A stretch of 64,000 bases of DNA from a virus (IMGVR_UViG_3300009503_000020:32001-96000); one strand, 5' to 3'; counted from the stretch's first letter, positions 9,003 to 17,697 are shown. Translations and numbers: made by a program. The notes: generated from the letters alone by a model not told the origin.

Positions 9003-9249
9003 CATGATAATCCTGTATACCTTACCAAGCTGTCCCAAGTGTCAAGTAATCAAAATGTATCTTACTACTTTAGGTGTCCCCTTTACAGAGAGAAATGCTA
9101 GTAACTTCCTTGCCTACTTAACATCTAAAGGCTTCAGAGAAGTACCAATCCTTGAGATCAATGGTGAGCTTTTCAACTGCACTTCTGTTCAAGAAGTAAT
9201 GTTTATCTTACGAAGCAAAGGATACTTAAGTGTGAGAGATGCATGGTAG
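8995..9249 (+). CDS. Glutaredoxin/NrdH-like redoxin
   Basis: LYTLPSCPKC, G.REVP.L.ING. Confidence 0.85.
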   Translation: MSNMIILYTLPSCPKCQVIKMYLTTLGVPFTERNASNFLAYLTSKGFREVPILEINGELFNCTSVQEVMFILRSKGYLSVRDAW

Positions 9250-9473
9250 AAATCTATGACTGTAGACAGAGAGAAAAGATAGTAACTAAAAGAGTAGGTG
9301 GAGACTTCGAACTAGCTGTGTATGATGACAAAGGAAACTTGATTACTAAGTATTGGTTAGAGATGAAGAGACCTTATAAGAAAACATTTGAGGAATTAGA
9401 AAAATTAATGGAGGAGTTTAAATGGCATCTAAAGAAACAGGGGAGAAGAAGAGCTTCTTCCAGACTTGGTTGA
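9243..9473 (+). CDS. Hypothetical protein
   Basis: ORF track; coupled. Confidence 0.5.
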   Translation: MVEIYDCRQREKIVTKRVGGDFELAVYDDKGNLITKYWLEMKRPYKKTFEELEKLMEEFKWHLKKQGRRRASSRLG

Positions 9474-9760
9474 AAGTGAGGAGACTTAAGAAGAAAAGGC
9501 AGAAGTTCTTTTCTGAGGAGATAGGTCCCTCCAAGTATTCGATATTCCTTAGAGAAGTAGACAGTGCAGTGTTGAATATCTTGAAGGACTACCCTGACAA
9601 TGTCTCACTGTTAGACAAACTTGGAGAAGAATCCTCAAGATGGTTGAATGATATGCCTAAGATTAACCTCTCATCTTTCAAAGCAGGAGTTGTCTATGGA
9701 ATGTATGCTCTTCTTAAATCCAAGAGAGAGACTACAGCAAAAGAAAGCTATGTAGTTTAG
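9422..9760 (+). CDS. Hypothetical protein
   Basis: ORF track. Confidence 0.5.
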   Translation: MASKETGEKKSFFQTWLKVRRLKKKRQKFFSEEIGPSKYSIFLREVDSAVLNILKDYPDNVSLLDKLGEESSRWLNDMPKINLSSFKAGVVYGMYALLKSKRETTAKESYVV

Positions 9761-9763
9761 GAG

Positions 9764-10120
9764 GTGAAGAGAGTGGCAACTAGAAAAATTCACATTGGAA
9801 CTTATGTCACTTTAGTTACTAGCATAGCTGCTTTGATGGCAGGAATACTTGAAGCAGGAGTAGGAGGTTTGCTAACCATTCCTCTTGTTCTTATTGCTCT
9901 GTTTGGTTCACTGCTAGGGTTAGTTCCATTCATTGGTCCTCTACTGTACTATTATGCAATAGGATATCTCTTTGGAATAATCCAGGAAGGAGCTCATGTT
10001 AGCATGCCTATTGCCTCACTTATCATCTTCTACACACACTTTGTCTTCTCAATAGTCTACTTCTTCATAACATCAACAGTGACTATCCTGTACTTGCTAG
10101 CTAAGAGGAAGAAAAGGTGA
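9764..10120 (+). CDS. Multi-pass membrane protein
   Basis: Three to four hydrophobic helices; basic C-terminal tail. Confidence 0.65.
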   Translation: MKRVATRKIHIGTYVTLVTSIAALMAGILEAGVGGLLTIPLVLIALFGSLLGLVPFIGPLLYYYAIGYLFGIIQEGAHVSMPIASLIIFYTHFVFSIVYFFITSTVTILYLLAKRKKR

Positions 10121-10130
10121 GGAGTTTTAA

Positions 10131-10146
10131 GCTAACATGTTTATAT
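10131..10146 (+). promoter_or_regulatory. Putative TATA-box promoter
   Basis: GCTAACATGTTTATAT in an intergenic gap about 50 nt before the next start. Confidence 0.6.
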
Positions 10147-10195
10147 CTCACATTCTTCCTCCTGTATATCAAACTACTGAAATATTAAGAGGAGA

Positions 10196-10456
10196 GTGGT
10201 TAAATTAGGTAAACGCAATCAACTCTATGCTCAGTATGTGAGGATAATGCAGTCAGCAGAGGATCCAAATGAGATCTACCTGGTTCTCAGGAAAGATGCT
10301 CCTATGGATAGGAAATACATAAGGCAATTTGACAACATGTTTGCAGGGAAAGACATCATAGTATCTCTAACTTTATTGAAGAGAGGCCTTAGCAAGCAAA
10401 AAGCTAACGAAGAAGAGGAACAGGAGGAGAATCCATTTTGGCAGGTAGAAACATAA
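10196..10456 (+). CDS. Hypothetical protein
   Basis: ORF track; SD GAGGAG. Confidence 0.55.
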   Translation: MVKLGKRNQLYAQYVRIMQSAEDPNEIYLVLRKDAPMDRKYIRQFDNMFAGKDIIVSLTLLKRGLSKQKANEEEEQEENPFWQVET

Positions 10457-10701
10457 ACAAATGTCCTAGTCGTGGTTACAAGAAAGGATGGCTAACAGGA
10501 TATGAGATAGAGAGACGTTACAATATCAGTGTAATCTTGGTTCCTCTTGAAGCATATATGTCTCCTATTTGTATCTGTGGCCATCATGCAAAGTACCACA
10601 AGAATCCTGGTTCTGCTGGTATATGTACAAAGTGTACAAAATGTGAAGGAGAAGTCCATAACTTTATTCCAAGAGAGCATGCTAAAGTGGTGAAGATATG
10701 A
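10438..10701 (+). CDS. Cys/His-rich Zn-binding protein
   Basis: CICGH..KYH...CTKCTKC. Confidence 0.55.
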   Translation: MAGRNINKCPSRGYKKGWLTGYEIERRYNISVILVPLEAYMSPICICGHHAKYHKNPGSAGICTKCTKCEGEVHNFIPREHAKVVKI

Positions 10702-10877
10702 CACACTATGGAGAGAAAGGCTACTGTAGTCTTTGCCAGAAATGGATACCCAAAGAGCAACTCAAGAAACTATACATTAGAAAACTTAAAGTCTATGCCT
10801 ATTATTGTCCAGTACACCTCAAGCAAGTCAGAATGAAAGCAAGAGGCGTACCAATGTCAAAGGTAAAGGAGGGATAG
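10698..10877 (+). CDS. 59-aa Zn-finger protein (not in ORF track)
   Basis: Manual translation MTHYGEKGYCSLCQKWIPK...YCPVHLKQVRMKAR...; ATGA coupling. Confidence 0.6.
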   Translation: MTHYGEKGYCSLCQKWIPKEQLKKLYIRKLKVYAYYCPVHLKQVRMKARGVPMSKVKEG

Positions 10878-10880
10878 GAT

Positions 10881-11138
10881 ACGACAGAAAAAGACAAAGA
10901 GCAGCTTAAGAGACTTGAAGAAATGATGAAGAAAAGAGCCAAGCCTGTTGATTGCCCATACAAAGATACTTGCACTCAGAAGGTCTTGCAAGGTGAAGCA
11001 GAGTTCCTTTGTAAAGACTTAGAGACAGATAGAGATGCTGTAATGCTACACATGAACAATAGACATGGTTGGGAAATGTGCAAAGTCTACCAAGACAAGA
11101 AACGGGAAGCTGAAGGCAAGCTTCCTCGAGAGTGGTAA
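10881..11138 (+). CDS. Small Cys-containing protein (ATG 10923 or near-cognate ACG 10881)
   Basis: ORF track 10923-11138; the frame is open upstream to an ACG lying 8 nt after GGAGG. Confidence 0.55.
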   Translation, partial: TTEKDKEQLKRLEEMMKKRAKPVDCPYKDTCTQKVLQGEAEFLCKDLETDRDAVMLHMNNRHGWEMCKVYQDKKREAEGKLPREW

Positions 11139-11515
11139 GCTGCTTGTGTATTGAGAAATTATTTCCTCAAGTAACCAGAGACTTTAATGAATACAAGGAA
11201 CTAAGTGGTTCTGATTTACAGAAGCCATCTAAGGGAGTTAAAGCATACTATTACAATGGAATAATCTGGATTAAAGATCTTGATCCACTTAGGATAGCAC
11301 ATGAATACACACATTACATCTTGAACAGCTTGGGCAATTCCAATTTTTTAACTAGAAGATTTTTAGACTTAATAGATTTCATACAGGATAGTTTCTATCA
11401 TTATCTAAGATACAAAGGATCTAGAGATTTAGAAGCTAGACAAGTTATGATTGAAGGAATACACGAAATAGTAGAAGACATAAAAATGTGGATTACTTGT
11501 GAAGAGGTTTGCTGA
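11132..11515 (+). CDS. Small HExxH zincin-like metallopeptidase
   Basis: IAHEYTH preceded by GVKAYYYNGIIWI strands. Confidence 0.6.
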   Translation: MVSCLCIEKLFPQVTRDFNEYKELSGSDLQKPSKGVKAYYYNGIIWIKDLDPLRIAHEYTHYILNSLGNSNFLTRRFLDLIDFIQDSFYHYLRYKGSRDLEARQVMIEGIHEIVEDIKMWITCEEVC

Positions 11516-11530
11516 CAAGACTACAAATAC

Positions 11531-11547
11531 AAGTGAAATGTTTATAT
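11531..11547 (+). promoter_or_regulatory. Putative TATA-box promoter of the AAA-vWA operon
   Basis: GAAATGTTTATAT about 37 nt before ATG 11584; SD GGAG. Confidence 0.6.
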
Positions 11548-11583
11548 GAAATGACTCTTGCAAGATAAGATGGAGAATAAAAT

Positions 11584-13143
11584 ATGGAAGAAGTAAGAGA
11601 CAAGATCCTACGTCAAATAGATGAGTTGGAGAAAACCCTCTTTGGCATGAGAGATGTTATAAAGATCTACATATTAAGCAAGGCTTGTGATTTGACTGTT
11701 CTATTGTTAGGAGCACATGCAACAGCTAAGTCTGCTCTCTCAAGAATGTGGTCAATAACCACTGGTTTGAACTATAGAATAGTAACTAGTTCTGAAGTCG
11801 ATGAAAGTTTGATTGCCTACATTGACCCTGCAGTCTTTAGAGAGAAGAACATTGTTCAAATGAGGCGAGGAGAACTTATGGAGAAGAACCACATCATAGT
11901 TGATGAATACTTTTTATGGCTTAACAAGTATAGAGCTAAGCTGCACCAACTCTTGGAAGAGAAAACATATGCTGGTCTAGATTCGCTTGTTTTCACATAT
12001 ACGTTTCTCTCCAACCCCTTATCAGACTTCTATGCAGGACAGATACCAGAAATTAATATGGCTTCAATTGACAGAATAGACTTATTTGTTCCAGTTAATC
12101 AACCATCAATAGTTCCTGCAGAGACTATGATGAGGAAGTTCTCTAAATATGGTAGAAAAGAAAGACCTCTGTCTCAGATATCTACATGGGAAGATTACTT
12201 GAAGGCTAGAGAGGAAATAATGCAAGTAAAAGTCCCTTCAAAGATAATAATCTGGCTAACGCTGTTTGCTCACTCTATGGCCTCATGCAAACATGTTAAA
12301 GACAAATGGAGCCTCTCTACTGCTAAACTCAAGAAGATGTGTCTCAATTGTAATGAAGTCAATCACTTGTGTAGCAAAGTCTGCCTTTCCAAACCTAGGT
12401 TCTTAAGAGCTACAATTTTACTTTCTAAAGGACTTGCTTGGTTAAATGGAAGAGATACTGTAACATTTCAAGATATCAATGAGGCTATCCTGTACACTCT
12501 TCCTCATAGACTAGCTTGGATACAAGAAGAACTCTCATACTCAGAATCTCTTGAGAAAGTACATGAGCTAGTTCAACAATTTAATGATGACATGCTAGTC
12601 TGGAAGAACAGAGGAGTGTTTTCTCAACTAGCCAAGATAATAGAATCAAGCAAAAGTGTTCCACCTAAGTATGAAGATAAGATAGGCCAAGAACTGAGTG
12701 CAGATGTCTCAGAGATTCACATACTGAAGGAGTTCATTGCTGAAACCTTAAACTCAGTTAAAGAGGATGTTAGTAGTTACTACTTTGTAGAAGCTAGCAA
12801 TAAGACTTACAAGACACTGAAAGAACTACAGGAATTCCTAGAGAAGTCAGGACTTAGTCCTTTTGAAAGAGATGTTCTTGCATTCAAGATAAGTCCTCCT
12901 AACTTGTCTTACATAATTCCAAATAATCCTGAGAACATAGAGAAGTTAATTGACACTCTAATCAACTGGCACACAAGAGAACAAGTAACTATAGATGATA
13001 AGACAATACTTGAGAGGAAGTTCTCCGAAGCAATAATCTTTGACTCAGAACTAGTCAAGATACAAGAAGAAACAGGAAGTGCTAAGTTGCTGTTTCCAGA
13101 TGAGAAGAAAAGGAATGCATTTGTGAAACTGTGGGAGGCATAA
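11584..13143 (+). CDS. MoxR-family AAA+ ATPase, RavA-like
   Basis: Walker A GAHATAKS (the AKS ending is typical of RavA), Walker B IIVDE, IDRIDL. Confidence 0.8.
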   Translation: MEEVRDKILRQIDELEKTLFGMRDVIKIYILSKACDLTVLLLGAHATAKSALSRMWSITTGLNYRIVTSSEVDESLIAYIDPAVFREKNIVQMRRGELMEKNHIIVDEYFLWLNKYRAKLHQLLEEKTYAGLDSLVFTYTFLSNPLSDFYAGQIPEINMASIDRIDLFVPVNQPSIVPAETMMRKFSKYGRKERPLSQISTWEDYLKAREEIMQVKVPSKIIIWLTLFAHSMASCKHVKDKWSLSTAKLKKMCLNCNEVNHLCSKVCLSKPRFLRATILLSKGLAWLNGRDTVTFQDINEAILYTLPHRLAWIQEELSYSESLEKVHELVQQFNDDMLVWKNRGVFSQLAKIIESSKSVPPKYEDKIGQELSADVSEIHILKEFIAETLNSVKEDVSSYYFVEASNKTYKTLKELQEFLEKSGLSPFERDVLAFKISPPNLSYIIPNNPENIEKLIDTLINWHTREQVTIDDKTILERKFSEAIIFDSELVKIQEETGSAKLLFPDEKKRNAFVKLWEA

Positions 13144-13144
13144 C

Positions 13145-13633
13145 ATGTCAACTACTCCTCAAGATATAGAGAAGAAGTTTCCTGAAGTTTATGGCTATTC
13201 TATAAAGAAGGAGAGGAAAGAACAGGTAACCATAAAAGGAATTTCTCTTGAGATAAAGAAGTATACAACTACACTTAAGACAGGTGGAATTAGAGTCTCA
13301 CTTATAGACAACACTAGTGAGTTCTTTCTCAAGTACAATGAGTACCTTGCATCTATAGAGAGTTTTAGACCTGCAGAAGAGAAAGCAATGAACATGTGGT
13401 CTTTCACTACTCTGTGCACAGCAGATCCAAGTCTAGAAGAGATGGGAGGAGCAGGGTTCTATGTGTATCAGAATCACCTTGTGTTCAATGAAGAAGAGAA
13501 GAGTGCTCCTCCTATAGATAGACTTACTAAGTTTATAGAACACTACAAGAAGAAGTTTGGTATTAGAACAAGACTCAAGGAAGATGATTTCTCAGACTTG
13601 GATGTTCTAGAGAGGACAACAGAGAATGAATAA
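13145..13633 (+). CDS. Hypothetical protein in the AAA-vWA operon
   Basis: ORF track; tight coupling on both sides. Confidence 0.65.
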   Translation: MSTTPQDIEKKFPEVYGYSIKKERKEQVTIKGISLEIKKYTTTLKTGGIRVSLIDNTSEFFLKYNEYLASIESFRPAEEKAMNMWSFTTLCTADPSLEEMGGAGFYVYQNHLVFNEEEKSAPPIDRLTKFIEHYKKKFGIRTRLKEDDFSDLDVLERTTENE

Positions 13634-15449
13634 GGAACTAATTACTAAGAAGAATTTCAACAAGATAGCTAAGAGATTAGAGGAACTGCAAGTACGCAGT
13701 TGGAAGATGTCTAGACCTATATTCCCTAAGATGACTCTATACTTCAAAGTATTTCCTATAGAATCATATTTCTCTACTGTAGGTCAGATCTGGTGGGTCA
13801 CACCTTACTGGAGAGGAGATGCTTTTGCTCTCTCTATTTTGTTCCATGAAGGACATCACTGGAACATCTATCCACTAGATATATTTAGAGCTATCAAAGA
13901 TATCTTTGAAGCTAGAAGACTTCTTGCTGAGGAGATAGGATTCGTACCTGAGAAAATCCAGAAGTCTCTTTGGAGAGTAGAAGAAGACTGGAGTCAGTTT
14001 GCATACTCTACAGCTGAACTTCAGTTCGTTGAAAATATTCTCGGAGATTACTGTCTTGAAGGAACGACAAAGATCCTACTCCCTGGTGGTGCAGAAAAAG
14101 AAATCAGAGAGATAAAAGAAGGAGATATAATCCTAGGAGTAAGAAATGGAAAAGTGGTACCTACTCGGGTCTTAGGGATTGGGAAAACTCTTCACACTGA
14201 AATAATTGAATTCAGAGATGGAAAACGCCATTTAGTCACCTCCCCTGAACATAAAATTTTTTCTTATCCAGACTTTCAACTTAAACTAGCAAAAGAGTTT
14301 AATAATGAGAGTGTTTACTATTACTTGGATGATAAACTTGGGCAAAAGAACCTGGACAGAAGAACAGATACAATTCCTGAAGGAAAATTATCCGAAGATG
14401 ACAGCAAAAGAAATAGCAGCAAGACTAGGAAAAACAGTTCACAGTGTTCAAGGCTATGTTTACCTTCACGTAGATACTCTCTCCAAGCGAGAACTCTCAA
14501 GAAAAAGATGCCACCAGATAGTCACTTCATTTACAGAAACGGAGAAAGCTTATATTGCTGGAATTGTCGATGGGGAAGGAACGATTACGATCGTGGGAAA
14601 GAAATATCGACAACCAATGATATCAATATCCAACACTTCTTTCCTTCTCAAAGAATATTTCGAACGACTTGGCTTTCAAACTCGAGTGAAGACAAATTGG
14701 GCAGGAACAGAATACTTCTCACTTTACATAACAGGGCAACACAATATCAGAGAATTCCTAGTTGCTATCAAAGATTACTTAGTAATCAAGAAGGAACATG
14801 CCCAACTCTTGCTGCAGTGGTTAGAACTGAAAGCTCAACAGAAGGTTCATGGCAAAGACACTCCTCAAATGGAGGAACTATTCAAACGCTTGAAACTTTT
14901 GAACTCAAGACATCCACATTTAAGGTTATCAGAAAGAAAAAAACTGATCCAGTAATTCTCTATGATCTAAAAACTTCAACCGGTTCATTCTTTGCTAACA
15001 GGATTCTAGTCCACAATTGTGTGAATTTACATATACATGACAACTATCCTCTAGTGTGGAATGATCTCTGGCATTTCCTCTCAGTTGAAGGTACATTTTA
15101 TGAGAAAGAGAAAGCACTCAAGAGAGACACTACTTTCCTGTTATACTTAGCAGTCTATCCAGAGCTAATTCCAGGTTTAGAACAGATACCAGTCAAAGAG
15201 AAAGTTTCTGAAGAGAAGATACCTAAGATAGCTCACATTGTTAAACTATGTAAAGAAGGAAGGATTTCTACTCCCTATGCTATTAAAGAGCTAGCTAAGT
15301 TATTCCATGACAATATCCAACAGGATCTCAAAGAAGCAGAAGGAGAAGGGAAAGAAGGAGATTTCAAATGCCCCAAATGCCACTCAGATGAAGGGTGGGA
15401 GATAGTCTCATACTTTGATGAACAGAAAGGAAAGTGGTTAGATGTCTGA
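13626..15449 (+). CDS. vWA-associated zincin metallopeptidase (DUF2201 N-terminal-like), intein-containing precursor; 285 aa after splicing
   Basis: LFHEGHH; the spliced junction restores N.LGDY-CVN, matching the N.A.D..IN motif; ends with CPKC. Confidence 0.75.
   Translation: MNKELITKKNFNKIAKRLEELQVRSWKMSRPIFPKMTLYFKVFPIESYFSTVGQIWWVTPYWRGDAFALSILFHEGHHWNIYPLDIFRAIKDIFEARRLLAEEIGFVPEKIQKSLWRVEEDWSQFAYSTAELQFVENILGDYCLEGTTKILLPGGAEKEIREIKEGDIILGVRNGKVVPTRVLGIGKTLHTEIIEFRDGKRHLVTSPEHKIFSYPDFQLKLAKEFNNESVYYYLDDKLGQKNLDRRTDTIPEGKLSEDDSKRNSSKTRKNSSQCSRLCLPSRRYSLQARTLKKKMPPDSHFIYRNGESLYCWNCRWGRNDYDRGKEISTTNDINIQHFFPSQRIFRTTWLSNSSEDKLGRNRILLTLHNRATQYQRIPSCYQRLLSNQEGTCPTLAAVVRTESSTEGSWQRHSSNGGTIQTLETFELKTSTFKVIRKKKTDPVILYDLKTSTGSFFANRILVHNCVNLHIHDNYPLVWNDLWHFLSVEGTFYEKEKALKRDTTFLLYLAVYPELIPGLEQIPVKEKVSEEKIPKIAHIVKLCKEGRISTPYAIKELAKLFHDNIQQDLKEAEGEGKEGDFKCPKCHSDEGWEIVSYFDEQKGKWLDV
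14052..15017 (+). mobile_element. Intein 1 (322 aa); Hint halves joined by an overprinted linker
   Basis: Block A CLEGTTKILL, block B LVTSPEHKIF, block F ILYDLKT, block G FFANRILVHN, +1 Cys. Confidence 0.93.
14305..14955 (+). CDS. Single-motif LAGLIDADG homing endonuclease with N-terminal HTH, in the +1 frame inside intein 1 (start 14305 or 14329)
   Basis: WTEEQIQFLKENY..MTAKEIAARLGKT HTH; AYIAGIVDGEGTI LAGLIDADG helix; ISISNT; YL.IKKEHA. Confidence 0.9.
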   Translation: MRVFTITWMINLGKRTWTEEQIQFLKENYPKMTAKEIAARLGKTVHSVQGYVYLHVDTLSKRELSRKRCHQIVTSFTETEKAYIAGIVDGEGTITIVGKKYRQPMISISNTSFLLKEYFERLGFQTRVKTNWAGTEYFSLYITGQHNIREFLVAIKDYLVIKKEHAQLLLQWLELKAQQKVHGKDTPQMEELFKRLKLLNSRHPHLRLSERKKLIQ

Positions 15450-15615
15450 AGAGTTTGAGTTCATTACTGAATGTCCCAAGTGTAAGCAGATAGTAACTGT
15501 AAGACGCATATTCTCTAAAGCAAAGTGTCCCTACTGTGGGTATAAGTTTGAACCAAAGATGCTAGCTGCAAGGAAAGCTTTCAACCCGTCTCTAAGGAGG
15601 AAAGAGAATGTCTAG
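15442..15615 (+). CDS. 57-aa Zn-ribbon protein (not in ORF track)
   Basis: Manual translation MSEEFEFITECPKCKQ...KCPYCGYKF...FNPSLRRKENV. Confidence 0.7.
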   Translation: MSEEFEFITECPKCKQIVTVRRIFSKAKCPYCGYKFEPKMLAARKAFNPSLRRKENV

Positions 15616-15844
15616 AACATCTCTGAAATGTCCTAAATGTGGCTATCCTTTAAAGCCTCAAATCAGAACTAGATTAGGAGATCCTTTTGAAGTACCATTC
15701 AGGTGTGAACATTGCAATACAACTTGGATATGGCACAGTTGGCAAGAATACTATGAGAGTTGTTTCTTTGAAGATCTAGTTAGATTTGTGACTAAGAATT
15801 TTAATCCATCAATAAAGGGGAGTACTTTAAAACATGAAAGTTAG
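15608..15844 (+). CDS. Zn-ribbon protein
   Basis: CPKC...CEHC; SD AGGAGG. Confidence 0.7.
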   Translation: MSRTSLKCPKCGYPLKPQIRTRLGDPFEVPFRCEHCNTTWIWHSWQEYYESCFFEDLVRFVTKNFNPSIKGSTLKHES

Positions 15845-16826
15845 AATAAAATGCAAGAACTGTGGTTACACTTGGGAAACTGATTTGCAACTTAGTCCAC
15901 TTGGGAGTCTTAAACCAGGCAAGAAAGGACCACTCTCAAGAATCAAGATAGACAAAGGCTCTCTAGATAAAATACTTGACATTGCTGCAGGAGCTTCTAG
16001 AGATGACCTAGAGAAATTAGGATTAGAGATAGACATAGAGGAATGGGAAGATGCTGTGGAGAGGCTAGCTCTTAGGAAATTCCTTCTTGAAAATTTAAGA
16101 GTATGTAGAGAAAAGAAACAGAAAACAGGAGAGAAGTATGTAGTAGGTACTGAACCGTTTGTTATGGGAGATAGTTTCAAGGATGTTGACATCCCGTCAA
16201 GTGAAGTGAAGAGTCTTGGTGTAGAAGACTTGAGAATGATACCAGGAGTTACTCTCCAAAAGAAGGTATATAGTATAACAAGAGGAAGAGATGAAGAAGA
16301 GCTAAAAGGTATTAAGTGCTTTGTGATTATAGATGGTAGTGGATCTATGATAACTGGGAAAGGACTCACATTCTCTGGAGGCAAGATAGGCAAAGCTCTC
16401 CTAATAGGGAAAGAGATCTATGAGATAACTAAGAAATTTGGATTTGATTATCAGCTTGCACTCTTCTCTGATGCAGGTGTGAGAGTGCCAAAGGAGAAAC
16501 TTAGAGAGTTCTGGGCTGATGCTAGTGAGAGAGCTAACTACAGGATATGGAATGGAGGTACAAGATTACAACGAGGCTTGGAACAGTTTACTGAGCAAGA
16601 ATACAGGGATGCTAACTTGATAGTTATCTCAGACATGGACTTAGGAGACTTCCAAGAAACTAAAGATGAGATCCTTAAGATATCTAAACTAACAAATAGC
16701 TTCAAGATAATTATAATAGAGACTCAAGACATAGACTTAGTTGAAAGAGAGAAGCAAGTGCGTGAGATATTTCCACCTGAAGCTCAATTGCAGATAATGG
16801 TAATACCTTTATCTGAAGGAAGTTAA
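15834..16826 (+). CDS. von Willebrand factor A (vWA) domain protein
   Basis: MIDAS IIDGSGS, NGGT, LIVISD; N-terminal CKNC. Confidence 0.85.
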   Translation: MKVRIKCKNCGYTWETDLQLSPLGSLKPGKKGPLSRIKIDKGSLDKILDIAAGASRDDLEKLGLEIDIEEWEDAVERLALRKFLLENLRVCREKKQKTGEKYVVGTEPFVMGDSFKDVDIPSSEVKSLGVEDLRMIPGVTLQKKVYSITRGRDEEELKGIKCFVIIDGSGSMITGKGLTFSGGKIGKALLIGKEIYEITKKFGFDYQLALFSDAGVRVPKEKLREFWADASERANYRIWNGGTRLQRGLEQFTEQEYRDANLIVISDMDLGDFQETKDEILKISKLTNSFKIIIIETQDIDLVEREKQVREIFPPEAQLQIMVIPLSEGS

Positions 16827-16861
16827 AAATAGGTCTAAATGGATAGGAAGTATGAGAGTAT

Positions 16862-17053
16862 ATGGCTAAGTTTAGAATGAAGAATGACTACTATGAAATT
16901 GTAATCAAGACAGGAACTGCCGAGAAACTAGAGATTGAAATTACTTTTAATGAGAAAGAAATAGCAGAACAGGAATTGAGAAATCTAGAGACATCTCTTC
17001 GTTTACTCTTGGAAGCATGCGGAAGATTTATCCCTAATCCCTCTAAAAGATGA
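16862..17053 (+). CDS. Small hypothetical protein
   Basis: ORF track; ends NPSKR. Confidence 0.55.
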   Translation: MAKFRMKNDYYEIVIKTGTAEKLEIEITFNEKEIAEQELRNLETSLRLLLEACGRFIPNPSKR

Positions 17054-17059
17054 TATGCC

Positions 17060-17512
17060 TTGTTCAGATATAGCTTTGTTAAGTTCTCTCCTTACTACAA
17101 GAAACATGTCATGGAATTCCTCTCTTCTCTAAGTCTAGAGACAAGGAGCAACTTATCTCTGTCTGGAGTCGATCCTCAGACAATATATCATTCATTTAAA
17201 GAAGACTGGAACACAACAACTCCTGTTATGTTATTTAGAGACAATCAAGTATTGGCTATTGGAAAACTGAGACCCTATGAGGATGGAGTTTACTTGTCCT
17301 GTTTGGTTGTTAGAGATGATTATCAGAATCAGCACTTAGGAACTAGACTAGTAAAGTATATGTTTGCCTTATCCCTTCTGAATGGTTTTAATACTATGTA
17401 CACTGAAGTCAAGAAGGATAACCTAAGAGCACTAGCCTTCTTCAAATCACTTCACTTCAAGAGAATTGTAGAGAAAGAGATGACCTATTTAATGAAGAGG
17501 GACCTGCAATGA
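17060..17512 (+). CDS. GNAT-family acetyltransferase
   Basis: LVVRDDYQNQHLGTRL acetyl-CoA motif; N.RALAFFKSL.F. Confidence 0.85.
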   Translation: MFRYSFVKFSPYYKKHVMEFLSSLSLETRSNLSLSGVDPQTIYHSFKEDWNTTTPVMLFRDNQVLAIGKLRPYEDGVYLSCLVVRDDYQNQHLGTRLVKYMFALSLLNGFNTMYTEVKKDNLRALAFFKSLHFKRIVEKEMTYLMKRDLQ

Positions 17513-17697
17513 GAATGAGAAAGGAGAGAGTAGAACAATTGCTAGAAGAAGTTGAAGAACGTCTTAAAGAAACTAGACAACGGCTCTTGCATTATAAGGA
17601 AGAGGTTGAACTCTTGACATGTGCTAAGGCTTATCTTGAGTTTATCCTGCATGGCTTAGAAAGTAATCCTTCAAAGAAGAGGGGTAAGAATGCATAA
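17509..17697 (+). CDS. Small coiled-coil protein
   Basis: ORF track; heptad-like Leu/Glu pattern. Confidence 0.55.
   Translation: MRMRKERVEQLLEEVEERLKETRQRLLHYKEEVELLTCAKAYLEFILHGLESNPSKKRGKNA

Noticed and set aside
14305-14955. The nested nuclease ORFs (also 31243-31842) as products of two compensating sequencing frameshifts
   Set aside because: Each nested ORF has its own start and stop, one has a clear SD, the intein frame is stop-free throughout, and the pattern occurs twice. Reads should still be checked.
15437-15845. GTTAGA repeats flanking the insert as a target-site duplication or splice junction
   Set aside because: Joining at the repeat gives TTA GAA TAA, an immediate stop. No bulge-helix-bulge or group I/II intron features were recognised.
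15866-16393. Minus-strand ORFs within the plus-strand block (this one, 5832-6149, 7863-8150, 32804-33163 and others)
   Set aside because: Antisense shadows of well-supported genes with Ser/Leu/Phe-rich nonsense composition
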